Shown here: positions 26,511 to 40,502 of the stretch, one piece after another
Numbering within the stretch: position 1 is the stretch's first letter
Layout: the number at the start of each line of letters is the position of its first letter
NCBI GenBank assembly: GCA_028534125.1
Contig: CM052817.1
Span: 86,864,001-86,928,000 of the forward strand
DNA from: Lama glama
Lineage: Eukaryota
Reading direction: 5' to 3'
Length of the DNA: 64,000 bases
Notes under the pieces: generated by a model
What the model was told of the DNA's origin: nothing
Seen by the model: only the letters and a program-made list of their open reading frames with translations
Databases searched by the model: none
Program-made: the position numbers and the translations under genes

Positions 26511-27679
26511 AATTAATGGAGGGGTGCTTCTGTTTTCTTGCAAATAGATTTAACTTCCTAGAACTACTTGATGGAATCTTTCATTTGAGAAGCGGGGCTC
26601 TGCTTTATATTTGCTTAATTCAAAGTCTCACTCAAGAGATTCCTCTCTTCATGAAAGAGAGAACGAGGAGGGAGAGAGGTTGCCCCCTATGGTGCTTTCA
26701 CATTACACTACAACCTTTAGAGAAAATATCTGCTAATTTAAAATGGAAACACACAAAGGCAATCTTCTAGACTTGAGAATTTTAAAAAATTTATCTCTTT
26801 CATTTAGCTGAAGAAAGGGTAACAGAGCAGCTACACTTAGGTAAATCCAAAGGAAGCTCCAAGTACAGTAAATAAGGAGAATTTTTAATGATCATCTCAC
26901 TAAATGTTCTGGGTATAACATTTGTATCTTGAAAAATTCCACTAGCCAGTGAAATATTTTTCATTCAGAGTAGTTGAGTGAATAATAGCAAATACAGCTC
27001 ACATTTATTCTAGAATGTCAGAAAACAGTCCAGTTGACAATATTAATAGAGTAGAAAATCCATGATTATAGAAGCTTTCCTGTCAAATACGACAACTTTC
27101 TAATTACTTGCCAGTGTTCACCTGCCCATGAGTTTAGCTGAACTAAGTTAGGCAAGTTAACAGTGACTATAAAAGTGAGAGAAATTTCAGAATTTCATTG
27201 ATACTTATCACTGTACAAGTCTTGAAACTGAGTAGAGAAAATAAAAGGAAAAGCTTACCTACTTCCTGTAACCAGCTAAGGATGAAAAACATATGTACAC
27301 CAAGTTCAGAGAAAGGAGATTTTTACCACGCATTTAATGTAACCATCAAACAAGTGTGATGAGGATCTGTTCTAATTTACCATCAAATGAAAAGAATTGT
27401 TAATGAGGCTATCAATTAAATGTGTATGGTAAAATCAAATGATAAAGATGGTATTTATAATTAGGGAGATTAACTTCTTTTCTAAATTCAAACTTTAAGT
27501 TCTGAAATCTAGGACTAGAATATACATAAGGAATATTTCCATGAGCTAATCTATCATTCAAATGTATTATAAATGTTCAGCATATTCTAGATGAAAGATG
27601 AAAGTAGTTTTTAAAACTTAAATAATATTTCATGCAATGTATATGGATATATTCTGAGGACAGATATTAGAAGTTAATT

Positions 27680-27910
27680 TATTATTATGGTTAATATTTA
27701 ATGAACACTTACAATGTGTTAGGCACTCTTTTGTCATCTTCTATGAAGTATCACTTATTAATCACAATCAACTCATCACAAGGTCCTATTTCTAGTTCAT
27801 TTTTTTAGATGTGAAAACTGGGGATCAGAAAATGTAAGAATTGGCTCACAATGGCAAGCGTGGAGCCAAGATGAAAACAGATGTTAGACCCCATGTTCTT
27901 AAGCACCAAC
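27680..27910 (-). mobile_element. MIR SINE
   Basis: 'catttttttagatgtgaaaactggggatcagaaaatgtaagaattggctcac'. Confidence 0.7.
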
Positions 27911-29319
27911 AAAAGGAAGACTATTATGTTAAAGATTTTATATTATTGGATTTTTGTTTTGACAAAATGACCCAAACACATTCTCAGTCTGCAAACCCTT
28001 CAGGTGTCTACAGAAGTTTTATAGCAAATAGTAAATTTGCCTTTATCATCCTTTCTAAAATGTTTATCAAGAAGTCAGAGCAATTCTCCTCTCACTATAT
28101 AGTAAAGGCTAATTTTTATTCTGGAAGAGATCTTACGTTGTACATGCTAATATACTTCAAGAAGCTGAGCAGGATGTGTCAACACATACTTTGAGTTTAT
28201 TGGGACACAGCAGACAATCAGCATGCAACAAACGACAGAAAAAGAAAGAAGTCAGAAAAAAACTTTAAAAGTTACTGGCATACTCAGATTGCTTTCCACG
28301 GCCTCTTGTGAAATACATTCCTAAGATATTAGAGAAACATTTGGGCTCTCCATTTCCTGATACTGTAATAGTTATTTTATTATGCACATTAATTAAGCAA
28401 GAAAATTCTAGATTCCTCTTGGTGCAAAAAGAATTTCCTGGCAGCAGAGAGAAGCGGTATTTCTTAGAGCTGTACAAGAGCGGTGCTGTAGGCCCCCCGA
28501 GGTCTACAGTCAGAGGGAAATCCTAAAGCAAAGTAAGTAGCTGCCATTTACTGAGCAGCATCTGACGCCTATGACACCCTGTCCTAGCTATTTTCAATCA
28601 TCCCTTCATTTAGCGCTCACAGAAATGCCTGCAGACACGTGCACACTTCAGTGTATTAGATGGCTATAATTTTCCAGCATTGGAAAGAAAAGTTTAGTCT
28701 GTAAACAATTTTGGGTCAGAAGACACAGTGTTTACTTATTTCATATTTCCTTTCAGTACTTTAACATAGAGCTTTGCATGGCATTGATATTCAGTAAATG
28801 CTCCTAGTATAATAAGAACTTGTTTTATTATATTAAAATCCTTGAAGAATAGTGTCAGTATTTTATCAGTGGCCTTTAGCCTCCAGTTCTTCAATTCAAA
28901 TGATGAACAGGAAGACACAGCTCAGATTCTTCTTCAAAGAGAATTAAGATAAAATATATTGGTAGTTAAAGACCTTAATTATGTTTTTTAGATTGCCTTA
29001 ACAGACATTTACTGAGATTTGACTATATACTGGTCATTATGCTTCATGCTGGAAGCTATGACACAAACATTCACACAGGCATTCACATCAACATGATGAG
29101 CTGTGTGTGCATATTTGTGTGTGTGTTGGTGAGTAGGGTGCAAAGATAAAACCTAATAAATAAACTAACCAAGTCTAATACATATATGGCTAGATACTAC
29201 AGAGGTAGATTAAGCAGTGTTTCCCTATCCCAGATTTTCACCTTTTATTCTGACTCCCCTTCAAGAAAGTAGAAAGGTCTGTGTTCATATACTCAGGGTA
29301 GGTAAGTAACGAGAAGAAA

Positions 29320-29890
29320 AGGGAAGAACCTGCCAGAATTCTTAACCTGTGTTTTGTAAATCTTATACCTACTGATCATCACTGTGTTGATGGTAAATCA
29401 AAAAGGGACTTGGAAAAGCAGGAGGCAAGTTGGGGTTCCCCCTAAATTACAGTTTTCCTCATTTGGGGGGGCGCCCAGAATTACAGACACAGTGATGGGA
29501 CAGTGACCCAAGGCCGATGGGTGGGATGCCTATGAGGGACAAGGGGACACGTGGCCATGGTCACTGGTCACCAGCCTCAGCAGAGATTCTGTCCCTCCAA
29601 GCATGGTAGGTGAGCAGCTGAACAGCAGCAGACCAGCAGACCATCACCGTTAAGCGTGGGCAGTGGGAAATTCAGCGTGGATCACTACGGTCAGCAGATG
29701 CTCATTTTCATTCCCTGGACACTGAGTAGGGCTCTCAGACTCCAGAGGGACATTAGGTTGGGAAGGCGAACCTCCCACGTAGAAGATAAGCTCTCCTGTG
29801 AAGTTAGAAAGTTACAGGGTAATGGTAAAACAAGTTTTAAAGGAACTAAAGTGGTATCTCATACACATCTTGGCTTGTAGACTGTAATTA
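29320..29890. mobile_element. Probable ancient LTR remnant, family unassigned
   Basis: GC-richer ~550-bp block with an LTR-like 3' end; recognised by composition only. Confidence 0.3.
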
Positions 29891-30202
29891 ATACCTCCTT
29901 GGTTGTAAAATAATAAATGTGTGAAGTACATAAGAAGAAAGACAAAGGCATGATTAGTGTGTCACAGAGAAGGTGACATTTGAGAAACTTGAAAGATGAG
30001 CGAAGGCTCCCTCAGCAGTGGGAATAACACATGCCAAGTCAGAGATAACGCTGGCAGCATATTAGCATATTTTGGCCTGGGTCCCATCAGCAATCCATTA
30101 GTGTAGGGCTGGAATATAAAAATTTACAGCAACTGATTTTAAGAGATACGAGGAGTTGAGAAACATAAAATATTTTGAATGAGCTGGATAATAGTCTTCA
30201 AC

Positions 30203-30690
30203 AAAAGTGGTTCTCCAAGTGTGGTCAAGGGACTCCTAGGGATTCTGACAATCTGTCAGGGGGTCCACAAGGTCAGAAGTAGTTTTCTAATAATAATAAG
30301 ACATTATTTGCCTTTTCACTCCTTTTCTCTCGCAGGAATGCAGTGGAAGCTTCCAGAGGCTAAAAGACAGATGAGATCACAGCAAACTGAACGCAAGAAC
30401 ACATGAGAATCCAGCTAACTTCTATGAAGCCAGACGTTAAAGAGATTTGCCAAAATGTGAGGAAATGCTACTCTCCTCACTTTTTTGTTTTAAAATTGCA
30501 TTTTTCATAATAACATGTTATTTATGTTAACATGAAGTTAAACAAATTTTAAAGGTTTTGAATGTATTTCTTTTAATTTCTAATGCAGTAATACTATTAG
30601 ATAAGAGACTCAAAAACAAAAACTGCTTGCTATTTGTCTCAACAATAAGTCAGTACTTAATAATGTGAAGAGGTTTCAGAAAATCTGTGA
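30203..30690. mobile_element. hAT-Charlie non-autonomous DNA transposon remnant
   Basis: Start 'agtggttctccaagtgtggtc'; internal 'atgagaatccagctaacttctatgaagccagacgttaaagagatttg' is typical of Charlie elements. Confidence 0.65.
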
Positions 30691-32719
30691 GGATGTGTTT
30701 TGAAACCTGATATGGGTTAAGTGTACAGGCTTTGTAATTCTTAATCCTAAAAAAAGTATTATGATAAAGTGGATAATATGAACAATCAACATGGTTATTA
30801 ACCACAACTGCAGAGTTGGCATAGGTAAAGGGTGCCAGTGCATTCAGAGTGAAGATGGGTACAAAGTAGGTGGCAGAGGTTTAAAATGGAACTGGAAAGT
30901 AGTATAAATAACAGAATTTTTTAAAAGGGAAAGCAACCAGGTGGTAAACAAATATGCCCTTTATTAAAAGTAAGCCCCAATGACATTATTTTTGCTAAAT
31001 AAGAAAAAAAAACTGATACAAGTTAAACTTTTATAGGTTAATTAGCACTTCATGCATAAATTTTTAGACACTCTAAGTGTCCTGTACTCAATAGTAAAAA
31101 AAAAAAGGAAACATTTAGTTTTTTGTGTCCAAAATGAATATTTTCTGGGGTACATTAAGAAGGTCAAAAATCACCTCTTCCAAAAGTTTATGTTAGGAAA
31201 TCCTATGTGAGGACATAGCAAATGTTTGGATAGTTGATATCAATGTAACATTACTACAGATGGCTAGTCAATTTTTAAAAATAATCTATTACTAAATATG
31301 ATCAGCCTTTAGGATAATGATTTTAGCAATATTTCTAGAATCATTGTCCTAAATACTGACCATACCTGTTACGTGGCTTCACAACTCAAGGACTATTCTA
31401 ATAAGTCATATACAACCCAGATATCAAGGAAGCAAACTGCAAATTAAGTTGATTTGGATATGGATATTTATAATGATCTAACAGTACAATGATAAACAGT
31501 AAAACTTACTTAGATCAAACAAAAACTAGGAGAGAGACTATACAATCTTGGTTAATTTTATTATTGTTTTGTAGAAATGCTATTAGGTAGTTCCATAAAA
31601 ATTTTACATAAAAGTAAATGCAAATAAAGAATTTAACCCAGTTTTACTTACTATGTCAAAAATTGGGTTATCTTGCTGTAAAACATGATAAGTACTAAGA
31701 GTAAAGAAATACTTAGTAATACTGCCATTCTCGGATGAATGAGGAAATTATAAAAAACTAAGAGAGAAAGATGAACATTTTTACTCACAATCAGTTTTAA
31801 GAAAGAGAGGGCAAATTTAGGCAAACAATAATAATAATAATAGTCCTAAAAGAGTTTGTTAAAACAATTACTTCTGAGATTCATATTTGATTACTTCCAG
31901 TGAAAACAATACAATGAAATCCCCACGTTTTAATGTTCCACAAAATTCAGCCTAAGTTAGTGATGGGTCATCTAAAAGAGCGAACATTAAAGTCAGTGTA
32001 TAACACTTGATAACAAGAAAAAGAGAGTTTCAGTTTTTGTTGTTCATTTTTCAGCATTTTTCACGAGGCTACAATGTTCTTGTTAGTCTGACAGAGTGTC
32101 TCCCCCAGCACAAAGCCTAGAAAGGACTTTAGGGACTATTTTCTTTAGAAGTAATCCATAAACACAATGAAATAATCAATGTTTCCTTCAAAAGATATCT
32201 TCTAATTCCATAATGTCTTTTATGTGGTTTCTATTTTATCTATACTGTGCCAAATTATTCTTACCACATTAGAACACATGATATATCCTTGAAAACCAAT
32301 ATCATGAAAAATAAACAAACACAATAAAAACCTAAAAAAGTCTCAACTGACTCAGCATTTGTAAAGGGTCTTTTGGTTGATAAATAATAGTTTCCTCAGT
32401 ATTGCAGTCACCACGTGTATAGAAACTACTGTAAAGAAATGGTTGTTACTGGCATCAACGCCAAGAGGACATACTAGATTTAAAGGCAAACTGGAAATAG
32501 GAAATATTTCCTACAATGCAAAATGACATGATTTTTACTAAGGCATGAAACTGGTGGGAGTTTTTTTTTTAATTGTGAAACACTATCTTTCTTATTAAAT
32601 ATCTCTTCTCCTAAAGCTCTAGTGCCACAGAAACTTTTAGAAATGTTGTAACATTTTGTTCTAAGAATTTATTACATTTCTTTTTTTCTGATCTACACAC
32701 TGACATTACACAATGACTG

Positions 32720-33050
32720 ACAGTGTAGCAGACTTCACTGCCTAATAACTAAATTCTCCTCTTCTCTGCAGTAATAGAAGGACTATGCATGTGGACGTCC
32801 AACTACACTGCACACAGCAGCCTCCCTTGCAGTTAGATGCAGCCACATAACTAAATTCTTTCCACGGAATGCAAACAAAAGTGAGGCAATGCTCCATCCA
32901 ATCTGGACTCCCAAGACCACAGTATTTTTTACCTTCCTGTGATATTGAGCACCTATGTATCTACCTTAGACGTAGAGCAACAAATTCCTGCATTATTTTA
33001 ACTGCTGAATGTCTGGCCTCTGTTATAGCCACTAGCATTTCCTGGAATAT
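32720..33050 (+). mobile_element. Old MLT1-like LTR fragment
   Basis: 'cagcctcccttgcagttagatgcagccacataactaaattc...gaatgcaaacaaaagtga'. Confidence 0.55.
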
Positions 33051-33689
33051 AAAACTTTGATCAACAAGTGTCTCGTCTTAGTCCCACTGCACTTTCAGAT
33101 CTGTTCAGATAAAGATAAGGCCTCTTCCCTCCAAACATCACATGCTCATTCTTCACTGATTCTAGAATGTCTCAAATGGGCTTGAAAACTGAAATCATCC
33201 ATCTGGTCTCAAGCCACTTTATGCAGATAAATTACAACCAAAATAAGAAATAAAGAACCACCATCGTTCACCATAGCATTCAGGATTTCTCCTGCTACAT
33301 TAAGTCAGAATGCTAACTCAGATCAGTTTAAGCAAAACATAATATGCCCACCCCCCCCTTCTTTCCTGTTCTCTCTCTCTCTCACTCTCTCTTTTTCTCG
33401 TTTTTCTTTTTATCTTTCCATATGCCTCTGTTTTTCTTTCTATATTAGACAATAGTGGTTGCTAGGTAATTCCAGTCTTAATCACCATTCTTTACTGCTG
33501 ACAGAGTTGTGTACGTGTTCACCTTTCCACAGTAAAGTCATAGGAAAGAAACTAAGTCTCCCTTAGTGCAAACAAATCATGGTATTCCAGTACCTTTAAC
33601 AGTGATCGGTTTGGGACTGGGAACAAGAAATTCTAGCAAATGACACACAAAATGGGAACAGTCTACTGATACGGTAAAACACATTTAGG

Positions 33690-36070
33690 GATTTTCTCTT
33701 AAAAAGAGATAGATGACCCTACTGTAGACATCAAAAAATGATAGGCTATTATCAGAAATTCAAATTTACTTGATATTTTAGAAGAAATGGACAAATTCCT
33801 GGAAAACTACAACTTAAAACTGACTCAAAAAAGATAATACCCAAATTTCTTATGACCATAAATACATTAATTTATATTATGATTTAAGCAATCATAGCAA
33901 TCAATTAATCAATTAATGGTGTCATAACAAAAATCTTCCCAGAAAGAAAACCGCAGGCTTGAATGTCTTCGCTAGAGAGTTTTACTAAAATCTCAAGTAA
34001 AAACCAATTTCAATTTATATAAATTTTCCTCACAAACTGAGAAAGAGAATATGCACCTTTTATCAAAAACTGACAGGGATAAAATCAAAAAGACAAGTTA
34101 TAGACTCATTTCACCTATGAACACAGGTGAGAAAACACTCAGCAAGTCTGCAAAGGTATCAGTCATGGATTATATAAAAAGGGTACTATACCATAACTAG
34201 GTTGTGTTTGCACCAAGAAAGAAAAGTTGCAAATCCCATCTTTGTATTTTGCCACCTTAAGACACTACAGGAGAAAAATAAATCATATGAACATTTCAGT
34301 GCAGACAGACAAAGCACTGGTTAATACTCAGTATTAATTCATTATAAAAATGTAAGAAAATTCTAAGAAGGAATTCCTTACATCTAGAAAAGTATTTAAA
34401 GCACTTATCATAGATACAATATTTAATTTTGAAAGCTTTCCCTTTGAGATTGGAAATAAGAAAAGGATGCCCAGTATAGCTCCTAATGAACACTACTAGA
34501 ATCTGCCATCAGTGTAGTAAGGCAAGAAGAAGTAATAAAATGTATACAAGTTTTAAGAAAAACAATATGACTGCATTTAAAAAAAATGTCCAATAATTTA
34601 TAGTTTAGTTACGTGAGTTAGCAAGATTTTAGAATTTTGAATTAGGAAGAACATAATTTTGAATGTCATCAATATGAAAATAAATAAAGGTACTATATCA
34701 AATTCCTAGCAATAAATCCAAAAATAGTATGAAGAATTCTTTAAGTTTTTACTGAGACATAAGAAGTAAATAAATCCAGATATATAGTATTTTCATGAAC
34801 TAGAAAAAATAATATTGTAGAATGTCAATTTTCCTCTAAATGTTTTAGGATTGATTTAATGCAGGTTTTTGTTTGTTTGTTTGTTTTAGTTTTTTAGGAC
34901 TTTTAATGCAGTTTTTTTCATTTTTTAGGACTGATGTAGCACAGTCCTAAACTGAAATGTTAACAGTTCTGGGTGTGTGTATGTGTGTGTGTAGAACCAT
35001 GTAATTAAAATATTTATGTGAAAATCAAAGAGGCATGGTATTTTTAAATAGTCACAAAAATGACCAGTTCTTCTACCAGATAATAAGGTGTATTATAAAG
35101 CCATTGATAATTAGGGCAGTTTGGTTCTGGCAAAGAGACAGACAAGGACCAAGGAAAAAGAAACAGACCCATGTAGATATGGATATTTAACTTATGAAAA
35201 AGAAGCATTGTGGATTTGAGGGGAAAAGATTATATGGAAATATACCTTTCAAGAGATGAGACAATTAGGTATCTACAAAGAATAAATAAAATTGGACCAT
35301 ACCTATCATACTAGGCAAAAAAATAACACCAGGTGAATTACAGACTTATATGTTAAAACAAAACAAAACAAAAACAACAACAAAAACCTGCAAAGCCTTA
35401 AGAGGACAACACAGTAACCTAGGAGAGTCTCTTTATAATCTTGGGAAATTTTTTAAACAAAACACAAAAGCACTAACCATAAAGCAAAAACAAACCAAAA
35501 CAAAAAAACACACCAAAAAATCGGCCACTTTAAAATGATCATCAAAGACAGGATGAAGAAAGTGAATGGCTATCACAGAATAGAAAAAGCGTTTGCAACA
35601 CATGAAACTGACAAAGGGTTTATACTTGCAATACAAAATAAACTCCAAAATATCAAGAAGAAAACCAGAAATAACGCAATGAAGGAAAAAAAAAAAACAG
35701 GCAAAACACCTGAAAAGACACTTCACAGCAAGAAATATCCAAATGGCCTATAAACACGTAAACAACCCCAAGGCCCAAAGTCAAATGGATTAACACACTG
35801 TAACACACACGCACATAATGGGACTATTATGCAATAATAAAAGGTAAAAGCTCGTCAACGTGTGATGGCCTGGATGAATTTTATAAACCGGATATTTAGT
35901 GACTGTAACACCACACAAAATAATTACACCTCAAAATACTGCCATATAAAGTTCAAAACAGGCAAAATCAAGCCACATATATTGTTAGAGTTGCATACAT
36001 AGATTTCAAAATCCTGAAAGCAAGAAAATTCTTCCCGTTTTAATGGGTGAATTTCAAAAACTGGACATCA
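33690..36070 (+). mobile_element. Old L1 (L1ME-like) ORF2 and 3' region, decayed
   Basis: 'ttagaagaaatggacaaattcctggaaaactacaac', 'gaaagctttccctttgagattggaaataagaaaaggatgccc'; ORF peptide 'EKAFATHETDKGFILAI'. Confidence 0.8.
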
Positions 36071-36589
36071 GGTAAAGGCAAACAGGCTCTCTGGTATTAA
36101 AAAAAAAAAAAACTTCCTCAATGATCACAGCTACTTAAGAACGTACCCAGAATTATCTACGAAGGCAGTATCTAATTAACTTGTTACAGTTTCCATCATA
36201 TCTTTTACCATGTACTACAACAAAAAAAAACCCTGTTATTTTCTGAAATGAATACCAAGACATATATGGGTACATGCTATATTTTTCTTCTTCACGTAAA
36301 AATCATCACAAAGCTTCCTACACTCATTAGTCTCAAGGAAGGCAAAATGACTGGGATTTGTAATGAGCTAACATAACTAGATACTTTACAGATACAGTTA
36401 TTATCAACTCAAAACTTTTTAAAGTTCCTACCAATGATGCAGATTTGACGGCTTTGCTAAGGCTGAAAGGAGATTCTTTACAACTATTCACAGCACTGTC
36501 ATATAAGGTGGTGCAGAAAAAAACAAGGACAAAAGAATCATGTTTGTTGGTAACCTCAAACAGATCCGAGGTGCTGGATGATCTAATAT

Positions 36590-37198
36590 TTTAAAATTTT
36601 AAACCATTTCCTTTATTGAAAGTACATGCAAGAAAGGGCAGGGCTCCCTGGAATTCTTTCTTCTGTTTGTCAAACACCTTAAATTGAACATCACTCAAGC
36701 ACAGTCTTGTGTGTTCACTAGGATATTAATACCACTACTGTGATCTTTTATGTCTATGCTCTTCATATTAACTACCCTAGTTTCTCCTTGGAGAAACAAA
36801 ACCTGTGGTTTGTCACTGTTAAGACAGTAACTTGATGAAGTCACTACCACTTGCTAATGCTTGTTCTGTGATGGCTATGAGATGGATTATACCGAGATGC
36901 TTTGCTTTCTCCTGCCTTTTCCGTAAATCTCGGGGCTCCCAACTCATCAGCAGACCCAGGAGCACAGCAAGGTGCACGATGCTCACAGGAGTAAAACGTC
37001 CACCTCTCCTTCTAAGTCTTGTCATCCTGAGCCACAGCCCACAAGCTTAGTTTTGGAATCTTCGTATGAATCCTTCCTTTCCCTATCCTCCCATGCATCA
37101 TTCGCGGTCTCCAAGGGTAACAGTGCCTCCTTCACCATTCGGAACTTTGTATTTATGACATATGGACTGGATGCTGATTCTGAATCTCAGAAAACTTA
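36590..37198 (-). ncRNA. Candidate terminal exon of a minus-strand spliced lncRNA
   Basis: Minus-strand acceptor TTTCCCTTTTATTTTTAAACAG ends at 37199. The body is unique, GC/CpG-richer sequence. AATAAA at 36617-36612 with U/GU-rich sequence further downstream. 3' end approximate. Confidence 0.45.
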
Positions 37199-39429
37199 CT
37201 GTTTAAAAATAAAAGGGAAATTACCCTGGAAATAACCTGTAAATACACTTCAAATCTTTCTTTTAGTTGAAGAAAAAAATGAAACGTATTTTTCTTTCCT
37301 TGTCTGGTCTCAGTCAGATCATATACAGAATAAACACAGCAAAGAAGGAAAATTACTAAAAAATGACACTTTTTTTTTTGTCAGCTAAGAGAATCAAGAG
37401 TCTCTGGGGGTTTCTTTCCTCTCTCTCCTTGGTTGCTACTGTCAAATTTTGTAATAAAATGTACCGCTGAACTGAAAAAAATATATATTCTGTAAGGAAA
37501 GAACTGTCTAAACTTTATGTGGTGCTTTGAGAATTATTTAGCTTGTATAATTTCTTTGATATTTAAGGAAAATAAATATACCGAAATCCCACTCTGAGAG
37601 GAGATGGTTCATAACTGCACATATTTTGACTTAATTTGATTTTAGATTTTGTTCAAGGGAGCTTAGTAACCAAAAAGATTCCACCAATCACAAGGAATAA
37701 AGGCTTTGAACCCAAGAACATAAGAGTAAAGAGGCTGTCTTGCACCATTTTCTCTATTCAATAAATTTAAACTATCTGGACTCCTCCATTTTCCTATATT
37801 TTCACATAATCTCCCCACTTTATTTCCCTTTTAAAAACATTTTTGTTTCATTTTGCCTTCATTTCACATTTGGAAAAAATCTGAAAAAAAAAAAAACACC
37901 ACAGATTTAGAGCTCAAAAAAAAAGTTTATGTAATTTTTTTTTAATTTTTAAAAAAGAACATACTTCTTTAAAAGCATGACTTTCATATACAATTGATTT
38001 TTCTGTCCTTATATAAGATATGCTTATTTGTAAACTTCATTAAATGAGAGCTCATTCCAAAACTGACCTTTAGTGTTGGCATTCTGTTAGTAATCCTATG
38101 CTTACAAAAATGAACATTTTCCTGTTGGTTCAACTGTATGAATAAAACAGGGTATTTTAATACACTATTTAATGACATTTTTCTTTTGGAGCTTAATAGT
38201 GTACCCGGCTTGCCATGAAGAGTGTTACTAGTCTGAGAAGAGCAGAAAAGACAGACACATGATACAAAATTTAGGACACTCCAAACACATTTCACCTGTG
38301 GGCAAAATGGCTGCAGAATAGTTTCCTTGGTAAGAATGTCATATGTTGTCTGTTGTGAAAAACTGTTTTAAACTGACGGTATGTATTCATTCACTTGTGT
38401 ACATTTCCTCCAAAAACACAGAAAGAGTGATTTATCATGGTATATCTTTAACTGTAATAAATAGCCTATTAATACTCAATTTGCTTTAGCACACATTACA
38501 ATTAAGGCATAAAGACTTACAGGCCAGGCACAAGTCACATCTAAAAGGGAACCAATCAGAATCTGGAACCACAGAATGCATGTTAAAGGTTTTGACAGAT
38601 GGTTTTGTATATTTTTTTAAATGGATTATCATATTCATTTAAGATAATTATTAAAAACATTACAAAAATTATCTGGTATATTGAGAGGATATCTGTAAAA
38701 GAAAGCTTTATTGATATAACAAGAAAATAATTTCTTGTCCAAAAAATTATAGCGCAAAACATATAATTTTATATGCATTCACAATAGCTGGAGTTTTGGT
38801 ATTCAAATTCACCATTTAAAAAATTATTAAGTAAAGATGCACCTTATGTGTTTATGATACAGTGACAATATGTTAAGCATAATAAAATTATACTAAGCTA
38901 TTCACCTTGAAGAATGCGTCATGCACTTGCATTCTACAAAGGGGCAAAATCTTAGCCCTCACCTGCCATAGATGAGTTTAAGACTTCTGATCCCTTAAAG
39001 ATGTTCTAGAAAATGTAATATTAGGCCACTCCCTATACAAATTCTTAGAGCAATTCCTCAGGATTTCACTGGGAGAATAAAGCCATAATTCAATTAAAAT
39101 CCATGACTTTTTACTACCTAGAACTCCACACAAGGAAATTTTGGGATTTTCTGAATACACTGTGTGAACACAAAAGCAGCGTATGGAATTAATGACAAAG
39201 AGATGCACATATATACCCACCTTGCACATGCACATAGACATAATGTGTATGCATCAAGTTTATAATGCTAAAAATGCTTTACACTATTGGGAAACTAAAA
39301 TTTAAAATATATTTACACGTGGAAATTGTTGCAAAAATGTTTCTGAATAATCAGACTCTGCAGTGTAAAGAGAAAAACAATGGTTCATTTGAAACATCAG
39401 TACCAACACACTTCTGAAGAAAGCCAAAA

Positions 39430-39457
<28 letters not shown>
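39430..39457. repeat. (TG)n microsatellite
   Basis: Uninterrupted gtgt run. Confidence 0.95.
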
Positions 39458-39462
<5 letters not shown>

Positions 39463-39759
39463 CATTTTCATTCTTAAAAGGTTCCAGAGGTCCTCTTTAT
39501 TTGAATTTCATTATTCAGACAATTCAGTCCTAAACTGAGGACCAGGTTCTAACTGCCATTTTACCATTGCCATTTCACTTTATCACTTAAAACAAACCAA
39601 TTAACCTGTCTAAATCTTAGCTACCTCCTTCTTAAAATTAGGAAATAGATGAGATGATTTTTATGGTTGCCTCAAGCTCTAGCAGTCTATGATGCTGATT
39701 ACAGTCTGGCTTGAGACCAAAAATCCTCTGTGCAAATTAAGAGGCTCCCGCTTAATGAC

Positions 39760-40180
39760 TCTGTGACCTTTACAAATGATATTCCCACAAATGTAGGAGA
39801 GGCACAGCCTGAAGGCAGTAGAATGAAGGACTTATACTTCTCCAGAGAGCTATGAGGTTCATCGCACCACTTCATTTGGGGCTGTACTGAAATATTCCCT
39901 CATCAAAAAAGCCTTTTCTTGAACACCCCATGTAACCACTCACCTACTGTTTCCCACACACTACCATTTTTTATTTTTCTTCCTAGTATCCCTTGCCACC
40001 AGATATTTCACATTTTTTATATTCTGGATGTTTATAATCCCCCCACCAACAGATACTTCATGAGAGAGTTTTATTTTGCCTTGCTTTAATTCATGGCAGT
40101 GCTCCTAATGGAATAATAGTGCCTATTATACCAAAGGTGCTCAATGGGAATTTGTTGATTGAATGACTGATGCTTTCAAC
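39760..40180 (+). mobile_element. L2 3' fragment
   Basis: 'atagtgcctattataccaaaggtgctcaatgggaatttgttgattgaatgactga' L2 3' end. Confidence 0.65.
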
Positions 40181-40297
40181 AATAGGTACGTGCACCTGGC
40201 TGGATCACAGTGGTGTACTGACACTATGTAGAAGAAAATGAATCTGGAAAAGGAAGCTGGAAATGGCTATGGAAGGGTTGGTGTTAACATTCTAAGG

Positions 40298-40502
40298 CAG
40301 GGCTGTCTAATAGAGCTTTCTGTGATGATGGAAATAATCTAGATTAGTGATGTCCAATTTAGTAGTCACTACCAACATGTGGCATTTTGAGGACTTGAAA
40401 TGACACTGTGATTGAGGAACTCAATTTCTTTCATTTACTTTTAATTTTATACTTAAATGTAAATAGCCACATATAGCCAGTAGCTGCTGTGCTGAGCTGT
40501 GT
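40298..40502. mobile_element. MER3-like hAT-Charlie element
   Basis: 'cagggctgtctaatagagctttctgtgatgatggaaata...aaatagccacatatagccagtagctgctgt'. Confidence 0.75.

Noticed and set aside
27259..27275. Possible 17-nt minus-strand microexon (CCTTAG|CTGGTTACAGGAAGTAG|GTAAGC)
   Set aside because: The splice sites look good, but such pairs arise by chance in 64 kb and there is no coding context or other support.
36430..36470. C/D-box snoRNA-like motifs (ATGATG...CTGA)
   Set aside because: Box C is imperfect, the spacing is too short and there is no terminal stem.
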